Shown: positions 10,273-22,400 of the stretch, one piece after another
Numbering within the stretch: position 1 is the stretch's first letter
How the letters are laid out: every line of letters starts with the position of its first letter
Position numbers and translations under genes: made by a program
Notes under the pieces: model-generated
Told to the model about the DNA's origin: nothing
The model's database searches: none
The model's input: only the letters and a program-made list of their open reading frames with translations
Assembly (NCBI GenBank): GCA_038245405.1
Contig: JBBRSO010000001.1
Span: forward strand, 9,199-73,198
DNA: 64,000 nt
DNA from: Bacteroidales bacterium
Lineage (GTDB): Bacteria > Bacteroidota > Bacteroidia > Bacteroidales > VadinHA17
Reading direction: 5' to 3'

Positions 10273-12276
10273 ATGATATTCACAACATTCAGAGTCAGTG
10301 TAATTTTCTGTATTCTATGTATTTTACCAACGGGTTTAATTCAATCACAACCCGTTGATTCTGTATCATATACTATAGTTTCACGTCAGAGTTTTTATTC
10401 TTTTGAAAAGACAGGTGAATTTCTGATTAAAATCCCAAAAGGAGCATCGTGGCAGCATTTGAATGTCATTATTAAAACAGGAGATCAGAATCTTGTCTCA
10501 TGGGAAGGGATACCAGGCAGGGGCATTTTGAGAATAGTCTTCACTCTGCCTGTAAAGCCATCCTCATACAATATAGAGGCACGGATAAATTCTTTTAATA
10601 ATCAAGTAACATATTTTGCAAGAACCAAGCTTTTCATACTGACATATAAATCGAATGAAGTAAAAACCGACAAATACACCGGTGGACTGATAGTAAATAA
10701 GTTGCAATTTTTCCCTTTTGGTTTTTATTGCTACTCACCCGTCTTTGAGACGCTTCCTGAAGAGGAGGTAGTAAAAGGCTTTAATCTGATGTCACCATAT
10801 CAAAAGATTGCGCCTGAAACGCTGAGTGAAAGAAAAGCCTATATGGATCGGTGCGCTGAACTTGGGATGAAAGTTCATTTTAACCTTCTTTCAGTATCAG
10901 GAGGCGGAGGTGTAGGATCAAAAATAGAAGGTTTGAGCGATGCAGATAAAAGGGAAAGACTGGTTAATGAAATAAAGACTTTCAGGGATCATCCTGCTTT
11001 GCTGGGGTGGTATATTTCCGATGAGCCCAATGGATACAAAATCGCTCCTGATCGATTGCTGGAAATCTATAATACTGTAAAGGAGAATGATCCATGGCAT
11101 CCTGTTTCTATAGTTTTCATGGCCCCTTTCCTTTCGGCGAGGAAGTATGCAAATGCGCTTGATATTGTAATGGCAGATCCTTACCCTGTTCCAAATCTTC
11201 CGGTGACAATTGTGGGTGATGTGGCAGAAGCGCTCAAAACGGAATTCAACGGCAGAAACCCTGTATGGATTGTACCACAGGAATTTGGCGGCGGTGAACT
11301 CTGGTCGAGGGAGCCAACAATACAGGAAATAAGATCGATGACATGGCTGTCAATTATTAATGGAGCTACCGGGATTCAATATTTTGTAAGACAGGGATTG
11401 AATTATTTCCCAAAATCTGCAGCCACATGGGGTGAATGCGGAAGAATGGCTGTGGAGGTGGCAGAGCTTACGCCATGGCTTCTGTCGGATGAGGAATGTA
11501 CGCCGGTTATATCGACCTCGAAAAATATAGCCGTTTCATCGAGGATGCATAATGGTCAATTGCTGATTATTGCTGTGAATAAAATTAATGAACCCGTAAG
11601 TACTTCCTTCAGGTTCAATGGGAAATATGTAAGTAAAGCCAGGGTCTTATTTGAAAACAGGTTTCTTACATCTACGGGAGGTATTATTTCAGATCAGCTT
11701 GCACCATTCGGCTCACAAGCATATCTGATAAATTCAGTACCTGAAAATCAGACACCAGTGGGATCTTCAACGAATATGATTATGGATGGCAGCTTTGAGG
11801 ACCTATCAGGACCCGGTCTGCCTTCAGCATGCTACGCCCGACCCGGAGGTGACAGGGGAGCAACATATTTTCTCGATTCAAGAGATCATACCGAGGGCAA
11901 TCATTCACTGAGAATTGTAACGCCTGTTGATAATAAGAGCATGGCAATCAGATTTTTTCCTGTTACAGTAAGAGCCGGGGCGTCATATACTATTTCTATA
12001 TGGGCGAAATCTGATCCGGAAAGAAGACTTGATCTGTTACCAAAATCAAATAATGAGACTCAAAGTTTAACAGAAGATATGCCACAATATGTTGAAATTC
12101 TCCTAGGCGATTTCAAAAGAGCCAGGTTCGTCCCGGACAATAAATGGAGGCAGTATGTAACCTTCGTTACAATACCCACAGATACACTGGCACGTGTGAA
12201 GACCAATCTCATACTTAAAATGCCAGGTCACGGAGTCGCCTGGTTTGATGAAGTGAAAGTGGTGGAGGATAAATAA
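10273..12276 (+). CDS. Secreted putative glycoside hydrolase (TIM-barrel-like core plus C-terminal CBM4/9-like beta-sandwich)
   Basis: Signal peptide. Central segment with GWYISDEPN (clan GH-A-like acid/base context). C-terminal DGSFE...HSLRI...W..V module typical of carbohydrate-binding jelly rolls. The family cannot be assigned by eye. Confidence 0.5.
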   Translation: MIFTTFRVSVIFCILCILPTGLIQSQPVDSVSYTIVSRQSFYSFEKTGEFLIKIPKGASWQHLNVIIKTGDQNLVSWEGIPGRGILRIVFTLPVKPSSYNIEARINSFNNQVTYFARTKLFILTYKSNEVKTDKYTGGLIVNKLQFFPFGFYCYSPVFETLPEEEVVKGFNLMSPYQKIAPETLSERKAYMDRCAELGMKVHFNLLSVSGGGGVGSKIEGLSDADKRERLVNEIKTFRDHPALLGWYISDEPNGYKIAPDRLLEIYNTVKENDPWHPVSIVFMAPFLSARKYANALDIVMADPYPVPNLPVTIVGDVAEALKTEFNGRNPVWIVPQEFGGGELWSREPTIQEIRSMTWLSIINGATGIQYFVRQGLNYFPKSAATWGECGRMAVEVAELTPWLLSDEECTPVISTSKNIAVSSRMHNGQLLIIAVNKINEPVSTSFRFNGKYVSKARVLFENRFLTSTGGIISDQLAPFGSQAYLINSVPENQTPVGSSTNMIMDGSFEDLSGPGLPSACYARPGGDRGATYFLDSRDHTEGNHSLRIVTPVDNKSMAIRFFPVTVRAGASYTISIWAKSDPERRLDLLPKSNNETQSLTEDMPQYVEILLGDFKRARFVPDNKWRQYVTFVTIPTDTLARVKTNLILKMPGHGVAWFDEVKVVEDK

Positions 12277-12301
12277 GAAGAGTAACTATACACATAAAAC
12301 C

Positions 12302-14371
12302 ATGAAGAAAAACCCATTTCTGATTTTGCTTATCACATCACTTTTTTTTTCCGGATGCGCAAAAGACGAAATCAATATAAACTACAGGGGTAATCCGGAA
12401 CCGCTACTCAAAAATGCATATATAAAATTACCTCTCGGTACCGTAAAGCCTGCCGGCTGGTTACAGACACAACTACAGCTTCAGGCTTCAGGGCTCACCG
12501 GAAATCTTGATGATTTCTGGCCCGATCTTGTAAATTCAGAATGGAAAGGAGGAACAGGTGAAGCATGGGAAAGAGGACCATATTTCCTCGACGGTCTGGT
12601 ACCTCTTGCATACCTTTTGGATGATGAACATCTGATAAGCAAGGTAAAAACCTGGATTGAGCCTATTCTGGCAAGCAGCAGTGATTCAGGATGGTATGGT
12701 CCAGCAAAAAACAAGGATCGATGGCCTCTGGCGGTATCTAATAAAGTTTTGATGCAATACTATGAAGCCACAGGCGATAAACGGGCAATTGATGTTCTTA
12801 CAAAATATTTCAGATTATTACACGATACACCACCTGACTGGCCAGATAAGGAATGGAGAGGCGTCAGGGCAATGGAAAATGCAGTCACCGGTTACTGGTT
12901 ATACAGGCAAACAAAAGAGCTATGGATACTTGAGACCATCAGATCAATCCAGAATAATAGCTCTGACTGGACAGGCTTTTATGAAAAATTTCCATGGGAT
13001 TCTGCTGCCGTTGCCGACAAAAAGATACCACTTAACTGGGACTCCGAAGGATTAACAGCTCATGTTGTTAATAATGCAATGGCTATTAAATATCCGGGGT
13101 TATGGTATCAGCAATCGAAAGATGAAAGATTTAAAAATGCCGTTTTCGCTGGTATTGCGAAATATGATCTGAATCATGGTCAGCCCGGAGGAAGGTTTTC
13201 AGGTGATGAACATCTGGCAGGAAAAAATCCTGCTCAGGGTTCTGAATTATGTTCTGTAGTTGAATACATGTTTTCTCTCGAGGAATTATATGAGATCTTT
13301 GGTGAGAATAAACTTGCCGACCGGATTGAGCTTCTCACATATAATTCACTTCCGGGCACTATAACTCCCGACATGTGGGCTCATCAGTATGACCAACAGG
13401 CAAATCAGGTTCTGGTTACCGGGGCGCCGCGTAACTGGACAACTAATAAAGAGTATTCAAATATCTATGGTTTGATGCCAAACTTCGCATGCTGCCTTGC
13501 AAATATGCACCAGGGGTGGCCAAAATTCGTTGAAAGTATGTGGATGGCAACTAATGACAATGGACTAGCACTGGTTACATACGGACCATCTGTAGTTAAA
13601 GCATTTGTAGCTTATAAAAAAGAGGTTACAATATCGGAGGAAACAGATTATCCATTTAAAGGAGCAGTCAGACTTACTATAAATACAGCCAAACCTGTAA
13701 AGTTCCCCATTGATCTGAGAATTCCGGGATGGGCAGATTCGGTAACAATAAGATACAAAGACAAAATCTTAAAACTAAAGGATCTGTCAACTTTCAGACT
13801 CAAAGAGCGATGGAAAAATGGTGATGAAATAAATATTGAGCTGCCGATGCAGCTTCGTTCAGAAAAAGAATATAATAATTCAATAGCACTGCTAAGAGGC
13901 CCGCTTTATTTTTCATTGCGGATTGACAAAATTTACAAGAGCGTAAAAATTAATTATGATAATTTCAGTTATAAAGGAAGCGTTGACTGGGAGATTTATC
14001 CGAAGGGCGCATGGAATTATGGCTTGCTGATCAGTACCTCGAATATTATGAGGGGAATAAAAATTACTGAAAATCCTGTAGGCAAGTATCCATTTTCTGA
14101 CAAAGGTGATATGATCTGGTCTGCTGATTCAGGAAAATATATTGTGTCTCACCAGGACGCGCCGGTTTTGATAAGTGCCAGGGGAATGAAGATCCCTGAG
14201 TGGACTACTAAAGATAATTCTGCAGATGTTCCTCCTCTCAGTCCGGTAAAACCTGAAGGTGATCCGGAGTTGATTACTCTTGTTCCGTACGGATGTGCCA
14301 GACTGAGGATTACGGAATTTCCTGTTATGGATATAGTTCTGATGGAAGATGTAATGAGACCGTCGAAATGA
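12302..14371 (+). CDS. Glycoside hydrolase family 127-like (DUF1680, beta-L-arabinofuranosidase family) lipoprotein
   Basis: Lipobox LFFSGC. The pattern GSELCSVVEYM plus NFACCLANMHQGWPKF matches the E-x-C ... CC zinc/catalytic-cysteine signature known for GH127. Size is about 690 aa. Confidence 0.75.
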   Translation: MKKNPFLILLITSLFFSGCAKDEININYRGNPEPLLKNAYIKLPLGTVKPAGWLQTQLQLQASGLTGNLDDFWPDLVNSEWKGGTGEAWERGPYFLDGLVPLAYLLDDEHLISKVKTWIEPILASSSDSGWYGPAKNKDRWPLAVSNKVLMQYYEATGDKRAIDVLTKYFRLLHDTPPDWPDKEWRGVRAMENAVTGYWLYRQTKELWILETIRSIQNNSSDWTGFYEKFPWDSAAVADKKIPLNWDSEGLTAHVVNNAMAIKYPGLWYQQSKDERFKNAVFAGIAKYDLNHGQPGGRFSGDEHLAGKNPAQGSELCSVVEYMFSLEELYEIFGENKLADRIELLTYNSLPGTITPDMWAHQYDQQANQVLVTGAPRNWTTNKEYSNIYGLMPNFACCLANMHQGWPKFVESMWMATNDNGLALVTYGPSVVKAFVAYKKEVTISEETDYPFKGAVRLTINTAKPVKFPIDLRIPGWADSVTIRYKDKILKLKDLSTFRLKERWKNGDEINIELPMQLRSEKEYNNSIALLRGPLYFSLRIDKIYKSVKINYDNFSYKGSVDWEIYPKGAWNYGLLISTSNIMRGIKITENPVGKYPFSDKGDMIWSADSGKYIVSHQDAPVLISARGMKIPEWTTKDNSADVPPLSPVKPEGDPELITLVPYGCARLRITEFPVMDIVLMEDVMRPSK

Positions 14372-14388
14372 TTACACAGCCATATTAC

Positions 14389-14452
14389 GGTGCGCTGCAC
14401 CTTTAATCTGCCTAACGGGCATTTATCTACAAAGATTTTGGTGCGCTGCACC
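14389..14452. repeat. Two copies of a GGTGCGCTGCACC mini-hairpin (14389-14401 and 14440-14452) between convergent genes
   Basis: The exact 13-mer occurs twice, 51 bp apart. Each copy has a GGTGC/GCACC stem with a GCT loop. Confidence 0.5.
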
Positions 14453-14488
14453 ATAAGGCTCCTAAATAAAGTATCAGAAACAACCTCC

Positions 14489-16270
14489 CTAAAGAGCTGA
14501 AGTTTTATGTTTTAACCATTCATTTTCCTCTGATGTAAGAAAGGGGCTGAGTTTTTCGTATACATCTACATGATAGGAATTCAGCCAATCTATTTCTTTC
14601 CTGTCGAGCAATGAAATGTCAATCAGTGTTTTATCAATATAACAAAGCGACATTGTTTCAAATTTCAGAAACTGCCCATACTGAGTTTCATTATCCAGGC
14701 AACAGAGTATAAGATTCTCTATCCTGATACCATATTCACCTTCCCTGTAAACAGCAGGTTCATCGGAAGTCAGCATACCGGCTTCGAGAATAGTTTTGGT
14801 ACCTTGTCCGAAACCGGGACCGATACTCTGTGGACCTTCGTGCACATTCAGACAGAACCCGACCCCATGGCCTGTTCCATGTCCGTAATTCAGGCCATTC
14901 TCCCAGAGAGATCTCCGAGCAAGCATGTCGAGCTGAAATCCTTTGGTGCCTGAGGGGAATCCAGCCATTGCCAGGTCAATGGTTCCCTTAAGTACAAGTG
15001 TATAATCTCTCCGTTGCTTTTCAGTTGGAGTACCGATAGCTATGGTCCGGGTAATATCGGTGGTCCCATCGAGATACTGGCCTCCCGAATCAACCAGAAG
15101 AATACCATTTCCCAGTATAGCACTGTTCGTTTCGGAAGTTACTGTATAATGGGGCAAGGCGCCATGTTCATTAAAACCAACTATCGATTCGAAAGAGGGA
15201 CCAAGAAAATTCTCATTCAGGGACCTGAGAGTGTTCAGCTTTTCGCATAAGAAAAATTCTGTTAAAATTTCCTTGTCAATATTCTGCTCTACCCAGAAGA
15301 AAAATCTGGTAAGCGCTACACCATCCTTTATCATTGCCTTACGGATATTCGCGATCTCAGCTTCGTTTTTTATTGCCTTTAAACGAGTAGTAGTGTTTAT
15401 ATCCTCTACGCGATTCATTCCTGAAGGAATTGCCTGGTATAAATTTGAAGAAGTAATAACAGGATTGAAAAGGATTGAAGAGGCGGCTGATAAAGAAGAA
15501 ATTATTCCCGCTGTTTCTTCATAAGGAAGTATGACAATCGCCAGGCGGTCAAATTCTGCGGCCATTCTTAACGGAAACTTACTTTCGTCAGCAAAAAGCA
15601 GGATCTGTTCCACTCCTATAAGTGCAAAAGATAAAACCAGAGGGCTATACCTGATATCGCCTCCTCTTATGTTTAGCAGCCACATTATATCATCTGGCGA
15701 CGTAATAAGCTGGTAATCAGCCCTCCTGTCTTTCATTATTTTCCTTACCTCAGAAATCTTCTCTGAGCGGTCCCTTCCGCAATACAGAATTTCGTGATTA
15801 AAAGCTAATGAATGTGGTAAGTCCGGTCGTTCAGTCCATATATCAGAAATCAAATCACAATTAAAATCAAATGAAAAATGCTTATTGTCCAGTAATTTCT
15901 CAAGTTTTCTTGTCTGTTCGATTGAAAATATCCTTCCATCGAGTGCAATCTTTTCATTTGCATGAACATTAGCGCTTATCCACGAAATATAATCTTTTTT
16001 CTCAAGTGGGTTTATGGCTGTAAACTCAGATCCTTTGAGTTGATTTGACGCCTGGATAATATATCTTGAATCAGTCCATACTCCTGCAAATGTGTCAGTA
16101 ATTATCACTGTTCCTGCTGATCCACTAAATCCTGTAAGCCATTCTATTATGCGCCAATGATCTGGCACATTTTCTCCAAGATGCGGATCTGTTGATGGTA
16201 TGATATAAATCGCTATACCACTGTTCTTCATTAATTTTCGTAATTCTACAAGTTTTGCTTCAGAACCCAT
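14489..16270 (-). CDS. pepP: Xaa-Pro aminopeptidase (M24B, aminopeptidase P family)
   Basis: Creatinase/prolidase-type N-terminal domains. M24 metal-ligand context (VDSGGQY, DITRT, HGTGHGVG, EPAVY, IRIEN). I prefer the start at MGSEAKLVELRKLM (16270); the longest ORF extends to 16327. Confidence 0.85.
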   Translation of the reverse strand: MGSEAKLVELRKLMKNSGIAIYIIPSTDPHLGENVPDHWRIIEWLTGFSGSAGTVIITDTFAGVWTDSRYIIQASNQLKGSEFTAINPLEKKDYISWISANVHANEKIALDGRIFSIEQTRKLEKLLDNKHFSFDFNCDLISDIWTERPDLPHSLAFNHEILYCGRDRSEKISEVRKIMKDRRADYQLITSPDDIMWLLNIRGGDIRYSPLVLSFALIGVEQILLFADESKFPLRMAAEFDRLAIVILPYEETAGIISSLSAASSILFNPVITSSNLYQAIPSGMNRVEDINTTTRLKAIKNEAEIANIRKAMIKDGVALTRFFFWVEQNIDKEILTEFFLCEKLNTLRSLNENFLGPSFESIVGFNEHGALPHYTVTSETNSAILGNGILLVDSGGQYLDGTTDITRTIAIGTPTEKQRRDYTLVLKGTIDLAMAGFPSGTKGFQLDMLARRSLWENGLNYGHGTGHGVGFCLNVHEGPQSIGPGFGQGTKTILEAGMLTSDEPAVYREGEYGIRIENLILCCLDNETQYGQFLKFETMSLCYIDKTLIDISLLDRKEIDWLNSYHVDVYEKLSPFLTSEENEWLKHKTSAL

Positions 16271-16467
16271 ACTTGTAAAACTACAAATTAAACGGGAATT
16301 GTAAAAACGAACCTGTTTCCCAAACACAATAGGAATAATGTAATTTTTAGAAATAGTTATGTAATATTTACTGATATATATTGCCTAATTTTAGGCACAT
16401 TTTATGAATGTCAGGGAATATACTCGTGGCTAATGGCAGCATTAAGCCCAAATAGGACTAATCAAGT

Positions 16468-19400
16468 ATGAAAGTATCAAGCACTATTATTAACGAATCA
16501 TTGGTTCGCCTCAAAACTGACCTTTTCAAAACGGGATTCTCAAAGAAATATATTGGGGAACCTCCGCTGCGGTCTGAATTATTCAGTTCAGATCAAATGG
16601 AAAGCCATGGCAAAAAGCTTGCAGCATCACATACTATTGGTCCTGATATTACTCCCGACCAATATCTGCTGACAAGGCTTGCTGAGAATGAAGACGTTTT
16701 GATTCAGGTACGCAACATAGTTACTGAATCTGTTAAAGCAAAAAGGCAGATTACACCGGCGGGAGAATGGCTCCTCGACAACTTCTATCTAATTGAAGAA
16801 CATATCCATACAGGCAAAAGGCATCTGCCAAAAGGTTATAGCAGGGAATTACCGCGTCTTCTTAATGGCTTATCGAAAGGTCTTCCGCGGGTCTACGATA
16901 TTGCGATAGAAACAATTTCGCATGGAGATGGAAGAGTAGTTCCGGAAAGCCTTAGTCTTTTTGTTATAGCTTATCAATCTGTAAGTCCATTAAAACTTGG
17001 TGAATTATGGGCGATCCCTATAATGTTGCGTATTGCATTAATTGAGAATCTACGTCGCGTGGCAACGCGAATAGCATATAGTAGCATTGATCGTGATCTT
17101 GCTGATACATGGGCTGATCAACTTATGGAAACAACCGAGAAAGATCCCAAAAATCTGATCCTGGTTATTGCAGATATGGCAAGATCGAAACCACCGATGA
17201 CAACTTCCTTCGTTTCAGAGTTTGCACGCCGGTTGCAGGGACAAAGCTCAGCGTTAGCTTTGCCACTCACATGGCTGGAACAGCAACTATCCGAATCGGG
17301 TCTTACAATCGAACGCCAAATCCAGATTGGAAACCAGCAGCTGACTGCTGACCAGCTTTCTATCAGCAATAGCATTGACAGTCTCCGTTTCCTTGGCTCA
17401 ATGGATTGGAAAGAGTTTGTTGAAAAGACGAGTATCATCGAACAGATATTACGTACTGACCCGGGAGGTTATTACAGCCATATGGATTTTGCCACAAGAG
17501 ATCATTATCGGCATATAATTGAAAAAATTGCAAAACACAGCACTCTGTCGGAAGGGGAAGTGGCAGCAAAGGCCATTTCGCTTGCCAGTCAGAAGGCTTC
17601 CGCGACAAGCAAGAATGACAGAACAGCACATATCGGTTATTTTCTTATCGACAAAGGCTTGCCGGAGCTTGAAAAAGCAGTAGAGGCAAGGTATTCGGTT
17701 TTAAAGGCACTTAAGAGGGTGACAGGAAGGAATAATTTTCTGGTATTTATAGGGTCTATCTTAATTCTTACCGGTCTTTTAACCTGGGGTTTACTTTCTA
17801 AATCGTATTCTGAAGGAGTGCATGGCTGGCAATTAGGACTGATGGGAATTTTATTAGCCTTATGCTCAAGTCACCTCGCTATTCCGCTCATAAACTGGCT
17901 TGCAACATTACTGGCCACACCTAAACCTTTACCAAGAATGGATTTCTCTCATGGAATTCCTGCAGGTTCCCGTACTCTGGTTGTAATTCCATCAATGCTT
18001 CTGAATAAAGAGAATATTGATGAACTAATCGAAGGAATTGAGGTGCGGTTTCTCGCAAACCGTGATAAGAACCTCCATTTCGCACTTCTGACTGATTTCA
18101 AAGATTCTGATAAAAAAGATCTACCGGAAGATCAATCACTCCTTCGGCTTGCAAGTGAGAAAATTGAAGATCTTAATGAGAAATACAGGGATATCAAAAG
18201 TCAGACATTCTTTCTTTTTCATCGACCCCGCCAATGGAATAATAGTGAACAATTATGGATGGGCTATGAACGTAAGAGAGGAAAGCTTTCGGAATTAAAT
18301 TCTTTTCTCCGTGGAGGCACAGAAAACAATTTCTTAAAGATTACCGGAAATACTGAAATTCTTTCAGAGGTTAAATACGTTATCACACTAGATACTGACA
18401 CACAGTTACCAAGAGACTCTGCCAGGCAGTTTGCCGGAACAATGTCTCACCCTTTAAATCTCGCTATTTACAATGAAACTAAACACAGAGTTTGTGAAGG
18501 ATATGGAATTCTTCAGCCTCGTGTTGCGATCAGCCTGCCTTTGTCAAATATGTCGGCATATGCCAGACTCTATGGAAGTGAACCTGCAATAGATCCATAC
18601 ACACGCACAGTATCAGATGTTTACCAGGATGTATTCGGGGAAGGCTCATTCATAGGAAAAGGAATTTATGATGTTGACATATTCAACCAAGTATTCGAAG
18701 CGCGTTTTCCGGAAAATAAGATTCTCAGCCATGACCTCCTTGAAGGGTGCTACGCAAGATCCGGGTTAATAAGTGATGTACAATTGTTTGAAGAATACCC
18801 TTCAAACTACTATAGTGATGTTAAACGAAGACACCGATGGATTAGAGGAGACTGGCAGATAATCAGGTGGCTGTTCCCAAGAGTACCGGTTCTGCATGGC
18901 CGGATGCAAAAGAATCCGCTCTCAATGCTTTCCCGCTGGAAAATTTTTGACAATCTGCGTCGAAGCCTTACTCCCATTGCGCTTACGATTCTGTTACTTC
19001 TGGGTTGGTCTTTCCTGCATAATGCACTTTTCTGGACGATGGTAGTGATAGGTATTATAATAATACCCTCAGTAAGTATATCAGTTTTGGATTTGTTCAA
19101 TAAGCAGAAAGATGAATTTCTGCAACAGCACATTATTACATCTACCCGTTCAGCTGGAAGACATTTTGCGCAAGCTGCATTTATGTTCGCCTGTTTACCT
19201 TATGAAGCATACTATAGTCTGGATGCCATATTCCGGACCTTATGGAGATTAATATTCTCCCACAGAAGACTTCTTGAATGGAGTTTGACGGGTAAAGCAG
19301 ATCGGACAAAACGACCAGGATTGATAGCAATATACCGGTCAATGTGGATAGCGCCTGCTGTTTCATTAGTCTCAATAGTTTCACTCGCAATATCTCAGCC

Positions 19401-22400
19401 AATAATGCTGGCTCTGGTCTGGCCCATACTGGCATTATGGTCAGCTGCACCATTTATCAGCTGGTGGATAAGTCTGACATTCAGTCATCACAAAACAAAA
19501 TTATCAGGGTATCAAATAATGTTTTTACGGGAGCTCTCGAGAAAGACATGGGGATTTTTTGAAGCTTTTGTAGGTGCAGATGACAATTGGCTTCCGCCGG
19601 ATAACTATCAGGAAAATCCAGATCCGGTAATTGCGCATCGTACATCACCTACAAATATGGGTCTGGCTTTACTCGCAAATTTAACTGCGTATGATTTTGG
19701 TTATATTCCTACTGGCCAGCTTATTGAAAGAACTGCAAATGCGTTCAGTACTATGGGTAAAATGGCCCGCTTTAAAGGCCATTTCTTTAACTGGTATGAT
19801 ACAAAAACATTAAGTCCGTTACACCCTCCTTACATTTCTTCAGTTGACAGTGGAAATCTTTCAGGTTATCTGATGATTTTGCAACCAGGACTACTATCTC
19901 TCCCTGATCATAAAATACTCGATCAAAATCTGTTTGCCGGGATTGATGACACGCTCCGCATTCTTCTGGGCCTTACTGAAAAAAACTCAATGGCCAGTAT
20001 GATCAAATTCCGCAAACAGCTAAAAGTTTTAACAGAATCACAAATTCCTTCACTTATTTCATTTTATAATATTCTCATTGCTTTATCCGCCTCCGCTCAG
20101 GAAGTAAGAGAAAGTTTTGTCACAAAAGAAGACTCTCAGGAGTTTTGGTGGGCTGACTCATTATACTGCCAGTGCAAGAATTTTCTTGACGAACTAATTT
20201 TCCTTGCTCCATGGATATTGCTGCCATCGTTTAGTGATAATCAAATTAAGTTCCCGGCATTGGGCCAGATACCAACACTACGCGAAATTTCAGACTTTGA
20301 AATTGGAATACTACCTGAAATAAGAAGTTCGATTAATCCTGATTCAAAACCTGAAACAATACAAGAGATTAATGAGTTGGCACTGTCTTTAGCAAACGCT
20401 GTTGTCAGGGCGAAGGAACGTATTGAAATTATCGGGAATCTTGCTGCAATCTCAAATGAGTTTACTCATATTGAATATGACTTTCTATATGATAAGGTAC
20501 GTCATTTGCTTTCTGTTGGTTATAATGTCGATGAACGAAGAAGGGACTCAAGTTATTACGATTTGCTTGCCTCCGAAGCCAGGTTTGCAAGTTTTGTAGG
20601 GATTGCTCAGGGACAGATACCGCAGGAAAGCTGGTTTGCCCTCGGAAGATTGCTCACTTCAAACGGAGGTGATCCTGTTCTGCTATCCTGGAGTGGATCA
20701 ATGTTTGAGTATCTCATGCCTCTTCTTGTTATGCCGACTTATGAAAACACCTTGCTTCACCAGACTTATGAAACATCAGTTAAAAGACAGATTGAATATG
20801 GAAAAAGACGTGGTACCCCATGGGGAATTTCTGAATCAGGTTATAACACTGTAGATGTACATCTTAATTATCAGTATAGAGCTTTTGGGGTACCGGGAAC
20901 AGGTTTAAAGCGTGGACTTGCAGAAGATCTGGTGATTGCTCCATACGCGTCTATGCTGGCTCTGATGGTTAACCCCGACGAGGCATGTAAGAATCTTGAA
21001 CGGCTTGCCAAAAATAATATGATAGGAAAATTTGGATTTTATGAAGCAATTGATTTCACCCCTTCACGTCTGCCCCGTGGCCAATCAAGCATTATCATTC
21101 ATTCATTCATGGCACACCATGAGGGAATGAGTTTACTGTCAATGGCTTATCTTATTCTTGATCGTCCCATGCAAAAGAGGTTTGAATCCGATCAAATGTT
21201 CAAGGCAACAATGTTGCTTCTGCAGGAAAGGATACCTAAGGCAACGGCATTCTATTCATATACCTCGGGTGTTTCAGATATTCAATCATTCTCCAGTACC
21301 GCCGACATGCCTGTCAGGGTTCTCAAAACTTCTGACACACAAATACCTGAAGTGCATTTATTGTCAAATGGAAGATACCATGTGATGGTTACTAACGCTG
21401 GCGGAGGTTATAGTAACTGGAAAGATCTTTCGGTAACCCGATGGCATGAAGACAGCACATGTGATAACTGGGGCTCATTCTGCTATATACGTGATCTGAA
21501 GACCAAGGATTTCTGGTCAAACTCTTTTCAGCCAACACAGAAGAAACCGGAAAATTATGAAGCTATTTTTTCTAAGGGACGTGCTGAATTTCGTCGTCGC
21601 GATAATGATCTTGATACTCATACGGAGATTGTTGTGTCGCCTGAAGATGACATAGAACTAAGGAGAGTCAGGATTACGAACCGATCAAGAATAAGAAGGT
21701 TAATTGATGTGACAAGCTATGCAGAGGTAGTTCTTACATCGGCAGTATCTGATACAATCCATCCGGCATTCAGTAATCTTTTTGTTCAGACTGAGATCTT
21801 AAATCAACAACAGGCAATATTGTGCACACGTCGTCCACGCTCCATCGACGAGCGTGTTCCCTGGATGTTTCACCAGATGACTGTTCACGGAGCAGAGACT
21901 GGAGAAGTGACATTCGAGACAGACAGAATGCAATTCATCGGAAGAGGAAAAAGTGTTGTTTCACCGCAGGCAATGACCGGAATTGAAAGCCTTTCCGGCA
22001 GCCAGGGCTCAGTCCTTGATCCCATTGTTTCAATAAGGTTCAAACTGACATTGGAACCGGAAGAATCAGTAAAAATTGATATAGTTACCGGTATAGGTGA
22101 AACCAGAGATGCTGCCTTAAGTCTTATAGATAAATACCTGGACAGAAGGCTTGCAAACCGCGTTTTTGAGCTTGCATGGACATATAGCCAGGTAATATTA
22201 CGACAGATAAACGCAACAGAAACGGATGCTCAGTTATATGGACGTCTGGCAAGCTCGATCATTTATGCAAATTCATCTCTGAGGGCTGAATCGGGTACTA
22301 TTGTAAAGAATCGCCGGGGTCAATCTGGTTTATGGGGATATTCCATTTCGGGTGACTTGCCTATAGTACTCTTAAAAATTGAAGACCCTGGCAACATAAA

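Noticed and set aside
16271-16327. N-terminal extension of pepP; likewise 28114-28197 for pntAA
   Set aside because: Internal Met codons (MGSEAKLVELRKLM and MVVGVLKE) coincide with the conserved family N-termini. The extensions are hydrophobic or odd. The longer starts cannot be strictly excluded.
16382-16397. Palindrome TGCCTA-ATTT-TAGGCA upstream of cgs as an operator
   Set aside because: It is a single short palindrome in an AT-rich region with no second copy in the window, which is too weak to call.
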